Program-made: the position numbers and the translations under genes
Notes under the pieces: model-generated
Seen by the model: the letters and a program-made list of their open reading frames with translations, nothing else
Database searches by the model: none
What the model was told of the DNA's origin: nothing
Part shown: positions 48,491 to 58,786 of the stretch, piece after piece
Layout of the letters: every line of letters starts with the position of its first letter
How positions within the stretch are numbered: position 1 is the first letter of the stretch
Assembly (NCBI GenBank): GCA_977020255.1
Contig: CDROCS010002105.1
Coordinates: 434,001 to 498,000, forward strand
DNA: 64,000 nt
Source of the DNA: Obrimoposthia wandeli
Taxonomy: Eukaryota
Reading direction: 5' to 3'

Positions 48491-49968
48491 ATGAGCAATG
48501 AAGGGTTACAACTAGTATGGTTTCGGTCTGACCTGCGTATTATCGATAATACGGCCTTAATCCATGCATGCCAGTCGGGACGGCCCGTTATTGCTTTGTA
48601 TATTGCCACGCCTAAACAGTGGCATGAACATGATGTTGCTCCAATACAGATTGATCTTATACAGCGACGTCTATTGGTCTTGCAACAACAGCTCCGTACT
48701 TTGAATATCATTATTAAATATTAGCAGAAGTTGGCAGTGCTCCTCTCTCTATTCCTGAGGTTGGCAAATTAGCTTATGTTAATCAGCATCATATTTCCCA
48801 TATGTTCTGTAATAAGCAGTATGAATGGAATGAAAAGCAACGAGATAATGCTGTTAATCAGGCGCTTATCGAAAAGCAGGTAAACGTCAGCTTCTTTGAT
48901 GATAGCTGCGCGATAACACCGGGAAGGGTAAGAACCAAGCAGGGTGAAATGTTTAAGGTTTTTACTCCTTTTAGACGAGAGTGGTTGAACGTATACCATT
49001 CTTTATTACCTGAAGCACAACCCACGCCACAAGCTGTCGTGCTTCACCCTATAACTTCCGAACTGCTTGCTCAAAGTGTCACATCAGTATCGTTTTCCTA
49101 CCCAGAGAAAGAGAGTGCGTTCTGGCCCGTGGAAGAAGATGACATACGGCGGCAGTTACAGGCGTTCTGTTTAGAAAAAGTGCATTTATACAATGAGCAC
49201 CGAGATCTTCCCGCCATTAATGGCACGAGCTGCTTATCACCTTATCTAGCAATAGGTGCTTTGTCGGTAAGGCAATGTATCAGCATATTAAGAAGTGAAT
49301 TTCCTCATTGCCTTGAATCTTCTGAGCAAGGGGCATTTGTTTGAATTTGAATAATTAAGTTTGGCGAGAATTCCTTAAATCATCTTACAAGGGTGCCTGC
49401 TTAAGTTAAGCCATGTCAACCGTTCCATGACTGGACATCCAGATATTGGGTAAGCAGTTCAGATGATGACCTTAAACGCTGGCAGCAAGGACAAACAGGT
49501 TTTCCTATTGTGGATGCAGCAATGAAACAACTTTTAGCGACGGGGTGGATGCACAACCGACTTCGAATGATTGTTGCCAGCTTTCTCACCAAAGATCTTT
49601 TGATTGACTGGCGAGAGGGAGAAAAATGGTTTATGTCGCAATTGATAGATGGTGATTTCGCGTCGAATAATGGTGGCTGGCAATGGGCTGCATCGACGGG
49701 TACTGATGCTCAGCCGTATTTTCGAGTGTTTAATCCGACGTTACAAGGCCAACGATTTGATCTAAATGGTGATTTTATTCGTATATGGATAAAGGAACTG
49801 AAAGATGTTCCTAATAAATATATCCATACCCCACACCTTTGGGATGGGGCAAATACATTGAATTACCCAAAGCCTATTGTGGATCATAAACAAGCCCGCT
49901 TATTGGCCATTGAAACATTTAAGCAGGCGAAAGCATTTAATCAGGAAAATATGTTGGCTGCGAAATAG
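48491..49968 (+). pseudogene. phrB: Deoxyribodipyrimidine photolyase, interrupted
   Basis: [48 protein letters not shown]; frameshift near 48720 and stops or indels at 49342-49410. Confidence 0.88.
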
Positions 49969-49991
49969 GCGGGTAATAGAAGGAGAGTGAA

Positions 49992-50429
49992 ATGTCAGTA
50001 CCATCACATAAGATCATTGCACATTTTATTGAAACCTATAGCCAGCTGACGAAAGACAATTTAGCAGAACTTGAAAATCTTTATCATCAAGATGTGGTAT
50101 TTGAAGATCCTGCACATCGTATGAATGGATGGAAAGAGCTCCATAGCTACTTTGAAAATTTATATAGCACGATAAATAGTTGTGAGTTTGTTGTGCATTC
50201 GTGGCTAGCTGATGATTCACAGGCGTTTGTGCAATGGACGATGACTTTTTCACATCCTGATTTGAAAAAAGGACAGTTGCGACAGGTTGAAGGCTGTTCT
50301 CGACTCGAGTTTAAAGAGGACCAAGTCATTTATCACCGTGATTATTTCGATATGGGTGAAATGATTTACGAGGGAGTGCCTCTGCTTGGTAATGTTATTC
50401 GCTATATCAAAAAGAGGCTAGGACAATGA
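49992..50429 (+). CDS. NTF2/SnoaL-family protein
   Basis: LYHQDVVFEDP, YHRDYFDMGEMIYE. Confidence 0.88.
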   Translation: MSVPSHKIIAHFIETYSQLTKDNLAELENLYHQDVVFEDPAHRMNGWKELHSYFENLYSTINSCEFVVHSWLADDSQAFVQWTMTFSHPDLKKGQLRQVEGCSRLEFKEDQVIYHRDYFDMGEMIYEGVPLLGNVIRYIKKRLGQ

Positions 50430-51157
50430 AACAAGTCTTGATTACAGGTGCCAGCTCGGGGATAGGAGAGCAGCTTGCAGTTGATTATGCCGTTGAAGGT
50501 TGGCAAGTCTTTGCTTGCGGCCAAAATGAGACTCGACTGGCAGAGTTAGCCGAAAAGAACACGCTTATTACCCCTTTATCATTTAACGTGACTAATATTG
50601 TACAAGTAAAGCAAACACTTGAAAGCCTTGAACAGTTGCCAGATCTGATTATTTTAAATGCGGGCACTTGTGAATATATCGATAACGGTGTGATTGACTC
50701 TGCGTTATTTAAGCGTGTTTTTGATGTGAATTTCTTTGGTTTGTTGCATTGCATTGAAGCGATGCAATCACGATTTAATTCTTCAACCCATTTAGTGATT
50801 ATTGGTTCGTCGGCATCGTTCGTGCCGCTACCACGGGCCGAGGCATACGGTGCCTCAAAAGCGGCAGTGGCTTATTTGTCTCATACGCTGGCGATCGATT
50901 TAGCGCATATCGGTGTAACGGTGACTCTGGTTAATCCCGGTTTTGTAAAAACACCGTTGACCGATAAAAACGATTTTCAGATGCCGATGCTAGTTACGGT
51001 TGAGTATGCTTCTGAACAAATCCGTCGGGGTATCTCTGCCGGTAAAATAGAAATTAATTTTCCATGGAAGTTTAACTTGCTACTTAAATTCATTGCGCTA
51101 TTGCCGCTGCGTTTGCAGTTGAAAGCGATAAAGCAGTTCACAGGGAAGCGAACATGA
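50426..51157 (+). CDS. Short-chain dehydrogenase/reductase
   Basis: ITGASSGIG, LNAG, YGASK. Confidence 0.9.
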   Translation: MKQVLITGASSGIGEQLAVDYAVEGWQVFACGQNETRLAELAEKNTLITPLSFNVTNIVQVKQTLESLEQLPDLIILNAGTCEYIDNGVIDSALFKRVFDVNFFGLLHCIEAMQSRFNSSTHLVIIGSSASFVPLPRAEAYGASKAAVAYLSHTLAIDLAHIGVTVTLVNPGFVKTPLTDKNDFQMPMLVTVEYASEQIRRGISAGKIEINFPWKFNLLLKFIALLPLRLQLKAIKQFTGKRT

Positions 51158-52539
51158 AAATAGCCATTATAGGTTCAGGTATTTCAGGGTTAAGCAGTGC
51201 TTGGTATTTACATAAACAGCATGACATTAAGGTATTTGAAGCTAATGGTTACATTGGTGGTCACACCGCAACGGTTGATGTAATCGTACCGAGTGGACGT
51301 TATGCCATTGATACTGGCTTTATTGTATTTAATGATCGCACTTATCCGCATTTTGAGCGTTTACTGGCTGAAATTGGTATAGAGGGCCAGCCAACCGAAA
51401 TGAGCTTTAGCATTTGTAATCAAGTGAATGGGTTGGAATATAACGGGCATAGCTTTTCTTCTTTATTTGCTCAGAAACGAAATTTATTTAATCCTCGTTT
51501 TTATTTTTTTCTGTATGAAGTTCTGCGTTTTAACCGGTTGGCGAAAGAGGCCGCCAGCAGCAATGCGGTTCGAACGGGAACGTTAGGTGAATTCTTATCC
51601 CTTCATGGTTTCAGTGATTATTTCAATGAAAACTATATCTTGCCGATGGGAGCCGCAATTTGGTCTTCATCTATGTTTGATATGCGTGGCTTCCCATTAG
51701 ACTTCTTTCTTCGTTTTTTCCTTAATCATGGCTTACTTGATGTGGCGAATAGACCTCAGTGGTCGGTTATTCCTGGTGGTTCAAGGGAATATGTTCGAAA
51801 AATTACATCGTTAATTGGTGAGTGTGTTGCTTTAAATACCCCAGTTAAAGCGGTGACCCGCAAGGAAGGTATCGTTGAGATTGAAACTGAGCATGGAGTT
51901 GAATGCTTCGATCAGGTGATTTTCGCTTGTCATAGTGATCAAGCGTTGGCGATGCTGAAAGATGCCACTGCAGATGAAAAACGGGTACTGGGTGCTATTG
52001 AGTATCAGGATAACGAAGTTGTACTTCATACTGACCACCGCGTACTGCCTAAAGCTCGTGCAGCGTGGGCATCATGGAATTATCGCCTTGAACAAGATGC
52101 GCTTACAGGTCAAACACAAGAGAATTTACTTTCAACCTTGACGTACAACATGAGTATTCTGCAAGGGATAGATGCACCAGAAACCTTCTGCGTCACGTTG
52201 AATCAGAGTGACAGTATTGACCCCGATAAAATCCTACGAAGTTTTGTGTATGCGCATCCGGTGTTTTCACGAGAAAGCATTATTGCTCAACAATCTCGCG
52301 CCGATATTAATGGCAAAAATGGCAGCTGGTTCTGTGGTGCTTATTGGTACAACGGTTTTCACGAAGATGGCGTAAGAAGTGCTTTAGATGTAGTGAAAGC
52401 AATTAATGCTAGCGAAGAGTCTGTACGCTCTAATACCAGTGCCAGTAAGAATGCCAATATGAATAAAGACTTGGTTGATGCAGGCATGAGTCGTAAAACA
52501 TTGAATAGTGAGGCATTGAGTCGCGAGGCAAAGCAATGA
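51154..52539 (+). CDS. FAD-dependent oxidoreductase (amine oxidase/desaturase-like)
   Basis: IAIIGSGISG, DTGFIVFN..TYP, CGAYW.NGFHEDG. Confidence 0.9.
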   Translation: MKIAIIGSGISGLSSAWYLHKQHDIKVFEANGYIGGHTATVDVIVPSGRYAIDTGFIVFNDRTYPHFERLLAEIGIEGQPTEMSFSICNQVNGLEYNGHSFSSLFAQKRNLFNPRFYFFLYEVLRFNRLAKEAASSNAVRTGTLGEFLSLHGFSDYFNENYILPMGAAIWSSSMFDMRGFPLDFFLRFFLNHGLLDVANRPQWSVIPGGSREYVRKITSLIGECVALNTPVKAVTRKEGIVEIETEHGVECFDQVIFACHSDQALAMLKDATADEKRVLGAIEYQDNEVVLHTDHRVLPKARAAWASWNYRLEQDALTGQTQENLLSTLTYNMSILQGIDAPETFCVTLNQSDSIDPDKILRSFVYAHPVFSRESIIAQQSRADINGKNGSWFCGAYWYNGFHEDGVRSALDVVKAINASEESVRSNTSASKNANMNKDLVDAGMSRKTLNSEALSREAKQ

Positions 52540-53357
52540 ACAGCGGGATCTATGTTGGCAGTATAAGGCATCGGCGCTTTACACCTGTTAATCATCAATT
52601 CAATTACCCCATTTTTATGCCATTGATCGATTTGGATGAGATGGCAGAATTAACACAAACAATCCGTGGGTTTGGTTCATCACTATTCAGTTTTGCCCGT
52701 TTTAAGCGTACCGATTATATGCAAGGTGAGTGTTCATTACGTCAAGCAGTTAGAGATAAAGTAGAAGAACTGACTGGCGAGCGGGTGAACGGAAAAATTT
52801 TGATGCTGTGTCAGCTACGTTACTGCGGGTTGTATTTTAGTCCGCTTAACCTTTATTACCTCTACAACGAGGATAATAAGTGGCGCTATATGCTGGCTGA
52901 AGTCAGCAATACACCGTGGAATAAACGTCACTATTACGTTATTCCAGCGGTGGCACAGTGGCCAGAAAAATACTGGACTGAACAGAAAGCTTTTCATGTG
53001 TCACCATTTAATCCAATGGAGCAACAATATCAATGGCGAATTAATGAGCCGGGCGACAGGTTGTTTGTTCATATGGAAAATTATCCCAATAGTGATCAAT
53101 CTTCTGATGGCCACGTATTAAAGAACAATAACGATAAAAAAAACGAGAAAATTTTCGATGCCACCATGGCATTACGTCGTCAGCCATTTACATCAGGTGT
53201 GTTGATGAAGTTGTTGATTAAAACACCGGTAATGGCGGTCAAAGTAGTATTTGGTATTTATTGGCAAGCGCTCAAGCTTTGGTTGAAAGGGGCACCTTTT
53301 TACCCGCATTCCGCAAATAAGAAAGATAAACCTTACGGAACTGACTCTGGTTCTTAA
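52536..53357 (+). CDS. DUF1365-family protein
   Basis: HRRF.P..H.F.Y, FSPLNLYY, AEVSNTPW, KAFHVSPF. Confidence 0.9.
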   Translation: MNSGIYVGSIRHRRFTPVNHQFNYPIFMPLIDLDEMAELTQTIRGFGSSLFSFARFKRTDYMQGECSLRQAVRDKVEELTGERVNGKILMLCQLRYCGLYFSPLNLYYLYNEDNKWRYMLAEVSNTPWNKRHYYVIPAVAQWPEKYWTEQKAFHVSPFNPMEQQYQWRINEPGDRLFVHMENYPNSDQSSDGHVLKNNNDKKNEKIFDATMALRRQPFTSGVLMKLLIKTPVMAVKVVFGIYWQALKLWLKGAPFYPHSANKKDKPYGTDSGS

Positions 53358-53416
53358 TGTGATAGGGGCTGCACCGCATATAAAGGCGGGAACCCGTAAA
53401 GAATAATTGGGGATTA

Positions 53417-54661
53417 ATGATGTTAAGAAGTGACATTAACTATTCGGAAGTATCAGCTTCAAGGTCAGACAACATAGCTAAAAAAGTTGTGTTTAAAGTA
53501 CTGGAAAAGTTACAGGGAGTAGGGTTGATACTGGCTGAAAGGGAGGGCGATACCTACCATATCGGTGATCAAAGTGCCGATCTACAAGCGCAATTGATCG
53601 TTAATCATCCTGGTTTTTATAAACGCATTCTAACCGGTGGCAGTATTGCTGCAGGTGAAGCTTATGTCGATGGCTGGTGGGATTCTCCAGATCTGACAAA
53701 TGTGGTTCGTGTGCTGGCTCGCAACATGCCGATAATGGATAAGCTTGAGGCCAAAGTAGGTTGGATGACAACCTTAGCAGAAAAAATTAGTCATAAAATA
53801 CGTAGGAACAATAAAGACAATGCTAGGGAAAATATTTCAGCACACTATGACTTAGGAAATGCGTTGTATTCATTGTTCCTCGATTCAAAAATGCTCTATT
53901 CCTGTGCAATTTATCGATCAGAGCAAGATGACCTGCTTTCGGCTCAAGTTAATAAAATGGATCGTTTATGTGGGCAATTAGACCTTAAGCCCACCGACCA
54001 TCTGTTAGAAATTGGCACAGGGTGGGGTGCATTGGCGATTCATGCCGCGAAACATTATGGCTGTCGTGTTACTACCACCACCATCTCGAAAGAGCAGTAT
54101 GATTGGGCCAAAGAGTGTGTTGAGCAACAAGGGCTTGGAGACAAAATTACCCTGTTGCTTGATGATTATCGTGATTTAACCGGGCAGTACGACAAAGTTG
54201 TGTCGGTTGAGATGGTTGAGGCGGTTGGGAAAGAGTATTTAACAACCTATATCAAAAAATGTCAGTCGTTGTTAAAGCCCGGAGGTTTGCTAGCGCTTCA
54301 GACTATCACCATTACTGATCAGCGTTATGAGAGCTATAGCCGCGGGGTCGATTTTATTCAGAAGCACATATTCCCGGGCGGTTTTCTGCCATCGATTACC
54401 GTATTGGCTAATCAAATGACCAAACACAGTGATTTTGTGATCAGAGATATAAAAGATATCGGTTTAGACTATGCCCGAACATTGTCTGACTGGCATCAGG
54501 CTTTCGATCAGAAAACCGATAAGCTGGCTCAGTTGGGTTATGACCAACGTTTTGTTCGCATGTGGCGTTATTATTTCTGTTACTGTGAAGGCGGATTCTT
54601 AGAACGTAGTATCAGTACGGTACAACTTATTGCGAGCCGCCCGAATGAAGCGGGATCATAA
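53417..54661 (+). CDS. cfa: Cyclopropane-fatty-acyl-phospholipid synthase
   Basis: NISAHYDLGN, LEIGTGWG, VSVEMVEAVG, FIQKHIFPGG. Confidence 0.92.
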   Translation: MMLRSDINYSEVSASRSDNIAKKVVFKVLEKLQGVGLILAEREGDTYHIGDQSADLQAQLIVNHPGFYKRILTGGSIAAGEAYVDGWWDSPDLTNVVRVLARNMPIMDKLEAKVGWMTTLAEKISHKIRRNNKDNARENISAHYDLGNALYSLFLDSKMLYSCAIYRSEQDDLLSAQVNKMDRLCGQLDLKPTDHLLEIGTGWGALAIHAAKHYGCRVTTTTISKEQYDWAKECVEQQGLGDKITLLLDDYRDLTGQYDKVVSVEMVEAVGKEYLTTYIKKCQSLLKPGGLLALQTITITDQRYESYSRGVDFIQKHIFPGGFLPSITVLANQMTKHSDFVIRDIKDIGLDYARTLSDWHQAFDQKTDKLAQLGYDQRFVRMWRYYFCYCEGGFLERSISTVQLIASRPNEAGS

Positions 54662-54773
54662 ATATCCATCGCGACAGATAATACCAACCTAAACCAGTAT
54701 CTGTTCATTCTTGCTGCGCAAATTTATGACCATTTACTTATTCAGATTGGTATAACTAGCGAAAGGTTCAAAT

Positions 54774-55271
54774 ATGCCTAAATTTCATTTTCTCGCTATT
54801 ACTCTTAGTTTCAATCTCTATTGGCTGCTCGCGGTATGGGGGCAGTCAAATTATCTCTGGCTGTTAATTTCGATGCTTATCGCCTGCTGGTGGATATTCC
54901 GAGATAGTTGGCGATTTGCCATTATTGCCGCAACCGCGGGTATCTCAATGGATGCATTGTTGAGTTATTTCGGGGTATATCAGTTTGATGGTAATGCTAT
55001 ACCGCCTTGGTTAATTTTACTTTGGCTCGGCTTCGCTTCCTTTGTTTGGTTGTTAAGAAAGGTGATCCGAAATTACCCTTCCTACGTATTGGTTATTATA
55101 GGAAGTATTGGTGGAACGTTCAGTTATTGGGCTGGCTTTAGATTAGAAGCTGTTAACTGGCCAATGGGTATACCAGTAACCGTGATGATAACACTCGTGG
55201 GTTGGCTGGTTTATTCCATGATTCTGTTAGTACTCCTTAAATTATGTGTTCAACGTTGGGGTGAGGATTAG
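54774..55271 (+). CDS. DUF2878-family membrane protein
   Basis: FNLYW...V.G, P.WL.LLW.GF, GG..SYWAG.RL.AV. Confidence 0.82.
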   Translation: MPKFHFLAITLSFNLYWLLAVWGQSNYLWLLISMLIACWWIFRDSWRFAIIAATAGISMDALLSYFGVYQFDGNAIPPWLILLWLGFASFVWLLRKVIRNYPSYVLVIIGSIGGTFSYWAGFRLEAVNWPMGIPVTVMITLVGWLVYSMILLVLLKLCVQRWGED

Positions 55272-55274
55272 GGT

Positions 55275-55808
55275 ATGACAATTTATCTGCGTATGACGCA
55301 ATGCCTAGCCAGAACATGGTTGGCTGCAATGGTAAGCATGATTTTGTTATTCGTCGGCTTTTCAGCCAGTGCGAGTTCTTATTGGCAGAGTTGGCAAACT
55401 GTTGGGCGTGCAGAACTGAGCTGGGGTTTTTGGGAAATTTACGATTCAGAATTACGCACACCAGATGGCACCTACAGCCTTGATCAACAAGAATTGGCAT
55501 TGGTGATTCGTTATCGTAGAGATATTGATGAAGAAGATCTGCTAGAAGCGACGGATAAGCAGTGGATACATCTGGGGATCCCTCAGTCAATGCGCAAGCA
55601 ATGGTTAAGAGAGTTGTCAATCATTTGGCCTGACGTGAAAAAAGGCGATCGATTGATTTTTGTCTTAAATGCGCAAGGTGCTGCATTCTATCAAGGCAAC
55701 CGCTTACTAGGTAAAGTGGAGAGTGAGGAGATGGCGAAGGCTTTTCTCGGAATTTGGCTTTCTCCAAAAACGGCTTATCCTGAAATGAGACGTAGGTTGA
55801 TCGGGTAG
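55275..55808 (+). CDS. Chalcone isomerase-like protein
   Basis: VG.A.L.WGFW.IY.SEL, IWPDVKKGD.L, FL.IWLSP.T.YP. Confidence 0.85.
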   Translation: MTIYLRMTQCLARTWLAAMVSMILLFVGFSASASSYWQSWQTVGRAELSWGFWEIYDSELRTPDGTYSLDQQELALVIRYRRDIDEEDLLEATDKQWIHLGIPQSMRKQWLRELSIIWPDVKKGDRLIFVLNAQGAAFYQGNRLLGKVESEEMAKAFLGIWLSPKTAYPEMRRRLIG

Positions 55809-55892
55809 CCCTAAATTAATAAACCTCACACAATTGCTATTTTTAATAATAACAACGTTGCGAGGTTTTTCAGTGCAATGCAATGCGAGTGA

Positions 55893-56549
55893 TTATAGAA
55901 CTTGCAGTACGTCTTTCATTGTAAGACGTGATTTTGGCAATGCCGCGTTATAGTCTTCTTCGGTGTGGTGATAACCCATTGCAAGGGCAACCTCACACTG
56001 GTAGCCGCCAAGTTCTTCTTTGAATATATTACCGATTAACTCGCTGTCGACACCTTCCATTGTTGTCGAGTCAATACCAAGACGCGCCAATACATGCAGT
56101 GTGTTACCTAGGGCTAAATAAGTCTGAGACTTAGTCCACGCAGAAGTATTACCATTTTTATCCGTATTGAATTCTGCAAAAGCAAACCCACCAAACGCTT
56201 GCTCTCTGTTTTCTGGTTGAGTACGACCATCTGCAATCCCCTTATCAACTACTTTGGCATAATCATCACGCGTGTAGCTCGGATTGTGTGCAAACAAAAT
56301 AATATGTGATGCAGATTTAACGTGAGGTTGGTTAAACTGATGCTTATTAGCAAAAGTATTATGCATACGTTGCTTCGCTTCATCGCTTTCAATCACAATG
56401 AATTTCCACGGTTGTGAATTGATCGATGATGCAGAAAGGCGTATTGCTTCATAGACGATATCAAGCTTTTCTTGCGGGATACGTTTTGATGCGTCATAGC
56501 GTTTTACAGTATAACGGTTTTCTAAGTCTGCAATAATTGGGTGAGTCAT
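55893..56549 (-). CDS. nfsB: Nitroreductase / NAD(P)H-flavin reductase (NfsB-like)
   Basis: RYTVKRYD, SASSINSQPWKF, QTYLALGN, IDSTTMEG. Confidence 0.88.
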   Translation of the reverse strand: MTHPIIADLENRYTVKRYDASKRIPQEKLDIVYEAIRLSASSINSQPWKFIVIESDEAKQRMHNTFANKHQFNQPHVKSASHIILFAHNPSYTRDDYAKVVDKGIADGRTQPENREQAFGGFAFAEFNTDKNGNTSAWTKSQTYLALGNTLHVLARLGIDSTTMEGVDSELIGNIFKEELGGYQCEVALAMGYHHTEEDYNAALPKSRLTMKDVLQVL

Positions 56550-56964
56550 GTTCGTATCCTGCTTGAATTTGATAGCATCTTAACCGATGCAGTTCTCATG
56601 TTTATAGCCACTATTGTACGGGGTATTAGGCGTAGGTAAACCACGTATTGATTGAATTATTATCAAAAAAATTTTGTTAATGATTGACGACGTCTTGGTC
56701 GGAGGCAGGAGAAAAGGCAAAAGAGCCGATTTTATTGCAATGCAGGCAGTAGAGTGTGTTTGCTATGATACAGAGAACATTTTTGCTTGGCACTTTTCAG
56801 GGTGTGTCGGGACGTTACAGGGTGGGATGGTTTATTACATTAAACCCATAAAAACAAAGCCAGCCCGCACATTTGTCACACAAAACGATCTATCATAATA
56901 ACGAATAAAATTAGGATTTACTCGAGTGCCATACTGGCATGTCATTGATGATGGAATAACAATA

Positions 56965-58557
56965 ATGCGTCAGTTAATTAAAAATGCGACGGTAATTGAT
57001 GGTCGTGGTAGTAATGCTTTTAAAAGTGATATATTAATTAATAATCAAGTCATTACTGACATTTCCCCTTTTATCACAACAGCGGTTGATCACGTAATCG
57101 ATGCTGATGGTGCTTTTGTGACACCGGGATTTATTGACGTTCATAGCCACACCGATCTAGCAACGTTTTTACCACAAGGGTTTAAGCCAAAAATAATGCA
57201 AGGCATCACCACCGAGCTTGTCGGCCTCTGTGGTCTTGGTGTTTCACCGTTGCCAAAGACACTGCAAGCTGAACATAGAAAGCGTCTAATCATAGGTAAT
57301 CCACCGATCGACTGGGGCTGGGACGATTTTCCCAGTTATACATCAGCCCTTAAACAGCAAGGATTAGAAGTTAACGTATCCGCCTTCTTACCGCATGGCT
57401 TATTGCGTTATCAGATCTGTGGTAACAGCAGCATACCGATGAATAAAAATCAGCGACTAAAACTGGCTCAATTGACAGATGAAGCGCTAGGGGCTGGAGC
57501 GAGAGGGGTCAGTCTGGGGCTGATCTATCATCCAGCTCTATTTAGTGATCGCGATGAACTGTTAACCGTCGCTCAGGTTGCGGCTAAACATCATAAACCA
57601 ATTGTTGTACATATGCGCAGTGAAAGCGATCAGATCCTTGAAGCGCTACAAGAGATGATCGAATTATCTGAACAAGCTGATTGCCAGTTACATATTTCCC
57701 ACCTGAAGCTAATTGGCCGGCGTAATGTGGGAAAATTATCATCGTTACTATCATTGATCGAACGTTATAAGATCTCCTTTGATCAATATCCTTACCGTTA
57801 CGGAAGTACAACGTTATTTTCTATATTGCCTCCAGCCCTGATCCGCGCCTACGCACCTGATGAATTGATGGAAAAGTTACGCACCTCTGCGGTCAGACGA
57901 CAAGTCCATGACTGGCTTTCTGAACGTATTTTACCTCAGGCAAGCGAACCCTGGGATAACCTACCCGCGCTAGTCGGTTGGGAAAATATTCTTATTTGCG
58001 AAGTTGAAAGCCAAGAAGCTCAGAAATGGGTAGGGATCTCTATTGCTGAATGTGCACAACAAACTGATCAGCATCCCGTCGATTTTGCGCTAGATCTTCT
58101 CATCCATGAGCGGGGTAATGTCCGGATGATTGATTATTTTATGGATGAGGAACTTGTTGAGCAGATCTTTCAGCACCCACAGGGGATGGTTGGCTCAGAC
58201 ACCCTACTCGGAGGTAGGCTTCACCCGAGAGTCAGTGGCACGTTCCCACGGATCATTAATCAATTTGTCACTCAACGCAAATTACTGTCGCTTGAGCAGG
58301 CGATTCGTAAAATGACGGCGTTAAGCGCAGAGACATTTTCACTTCACAAGCGGGGGAAATTAGCACTCGGCTATTATGCCGATATTGCTATGTTTGGCGC
58401 TGATTTCTGTGATCATGCAACAATAGATCAACCAGAGAGGTATGCAACTGGCCTGCACAATTTATGGGTAAACGGTCAGCAAAAAATTGTCCAGGGAAAA
58501 TATATGAACACACGTTCAGGTCAACTTTTATTGGCAAAAAGCGCACTTAGTGGTTGA
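56965..58557 (+). CDS. N-acyl-D-amino-acid deacylase (D-aminoacylase)
   Basis: PGFIDVHSH.D, VHMRSE, ISHLK, FDQYPY, HPR..GTFPR, IRKMT; likely start MRQLIKNA. Confidence 0.88.
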   Translation: MRQLIKNATVIDGRGSNAFKSDILINNQVITDISPFITTAVDHVIDADGAFVTPGFIDVHSHTDLATFLPQGFKPKIMQGITTELVGLCGLGVSPLPKTLQAEHRKRLIIGNPPIDWGWDDFPSYTSALKQQGLEVNVSAFLPHGLLRYQICGNSSIPMNKNQRLKLAQLTDEALGAGARGVSLGLIYHPALFSDRDELLTVAQVAAKHHKPIVVHMRSESDQILEALQEMIELSEQADCQLHISHLKLIGRRNVGKLSSLLSLIERYKISFDQYPYRYGSTTLFSILPPALIRAYAPDELMEKLRTSAVRRQVHDWLSERILPQASEPWDNLPALVGWENILICEVESQEAQKWVGISIAECAQQTDQHPVDFALDLLIHERGNVRMIDYFMDEELVEQIFQHPQGMVGSDTLLGGRLHPRVSGTFPRIINQFVTQRKLLSLEQAIRKMTALSAETFSLHKRGKLALGYYADIAMFGADFCDHATIDQPERYATGLHNLWVNGQQKIVQGKYMNTRSGQLLLAKSALSG

Positions 58558-58694
58558 TGAAAGTCACTTCATTCAAAGTGCAGTCCTCACCTCGGTGTTA
58601 ATACCCAATAGCTACCGAGTTGCCTAACCACATCAAAAGACCACAATGTTTTAGTGTTGCAACAAAGCCCCTCATATCATGACAGTAATAATGA

Positions 58695-58720
58695 AAAGGC
58701 GAACCTTTCGGCTCGCCTTT
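58695..58720 (-). terminator. gcvP terminator
   Basis: Minus strand aaaggcgagcc-GAAA-ggttcgccttt with following T. Confidence 0.75.
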
Positions 58721-58786
58721 GTTTATCAAGTCAGTGTCCAACTTAGTTATCGGTTAAACACTTAATTACCCATAATCGATAGATGA

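Noticed and set aside
52400-52539. Low-complexity ~45-aa C-terminal extension of the FAD oxidoreductase
   Set aside because: In frame and overlapping the next start normally; most likely a variable tail with no evidence of a separate function.
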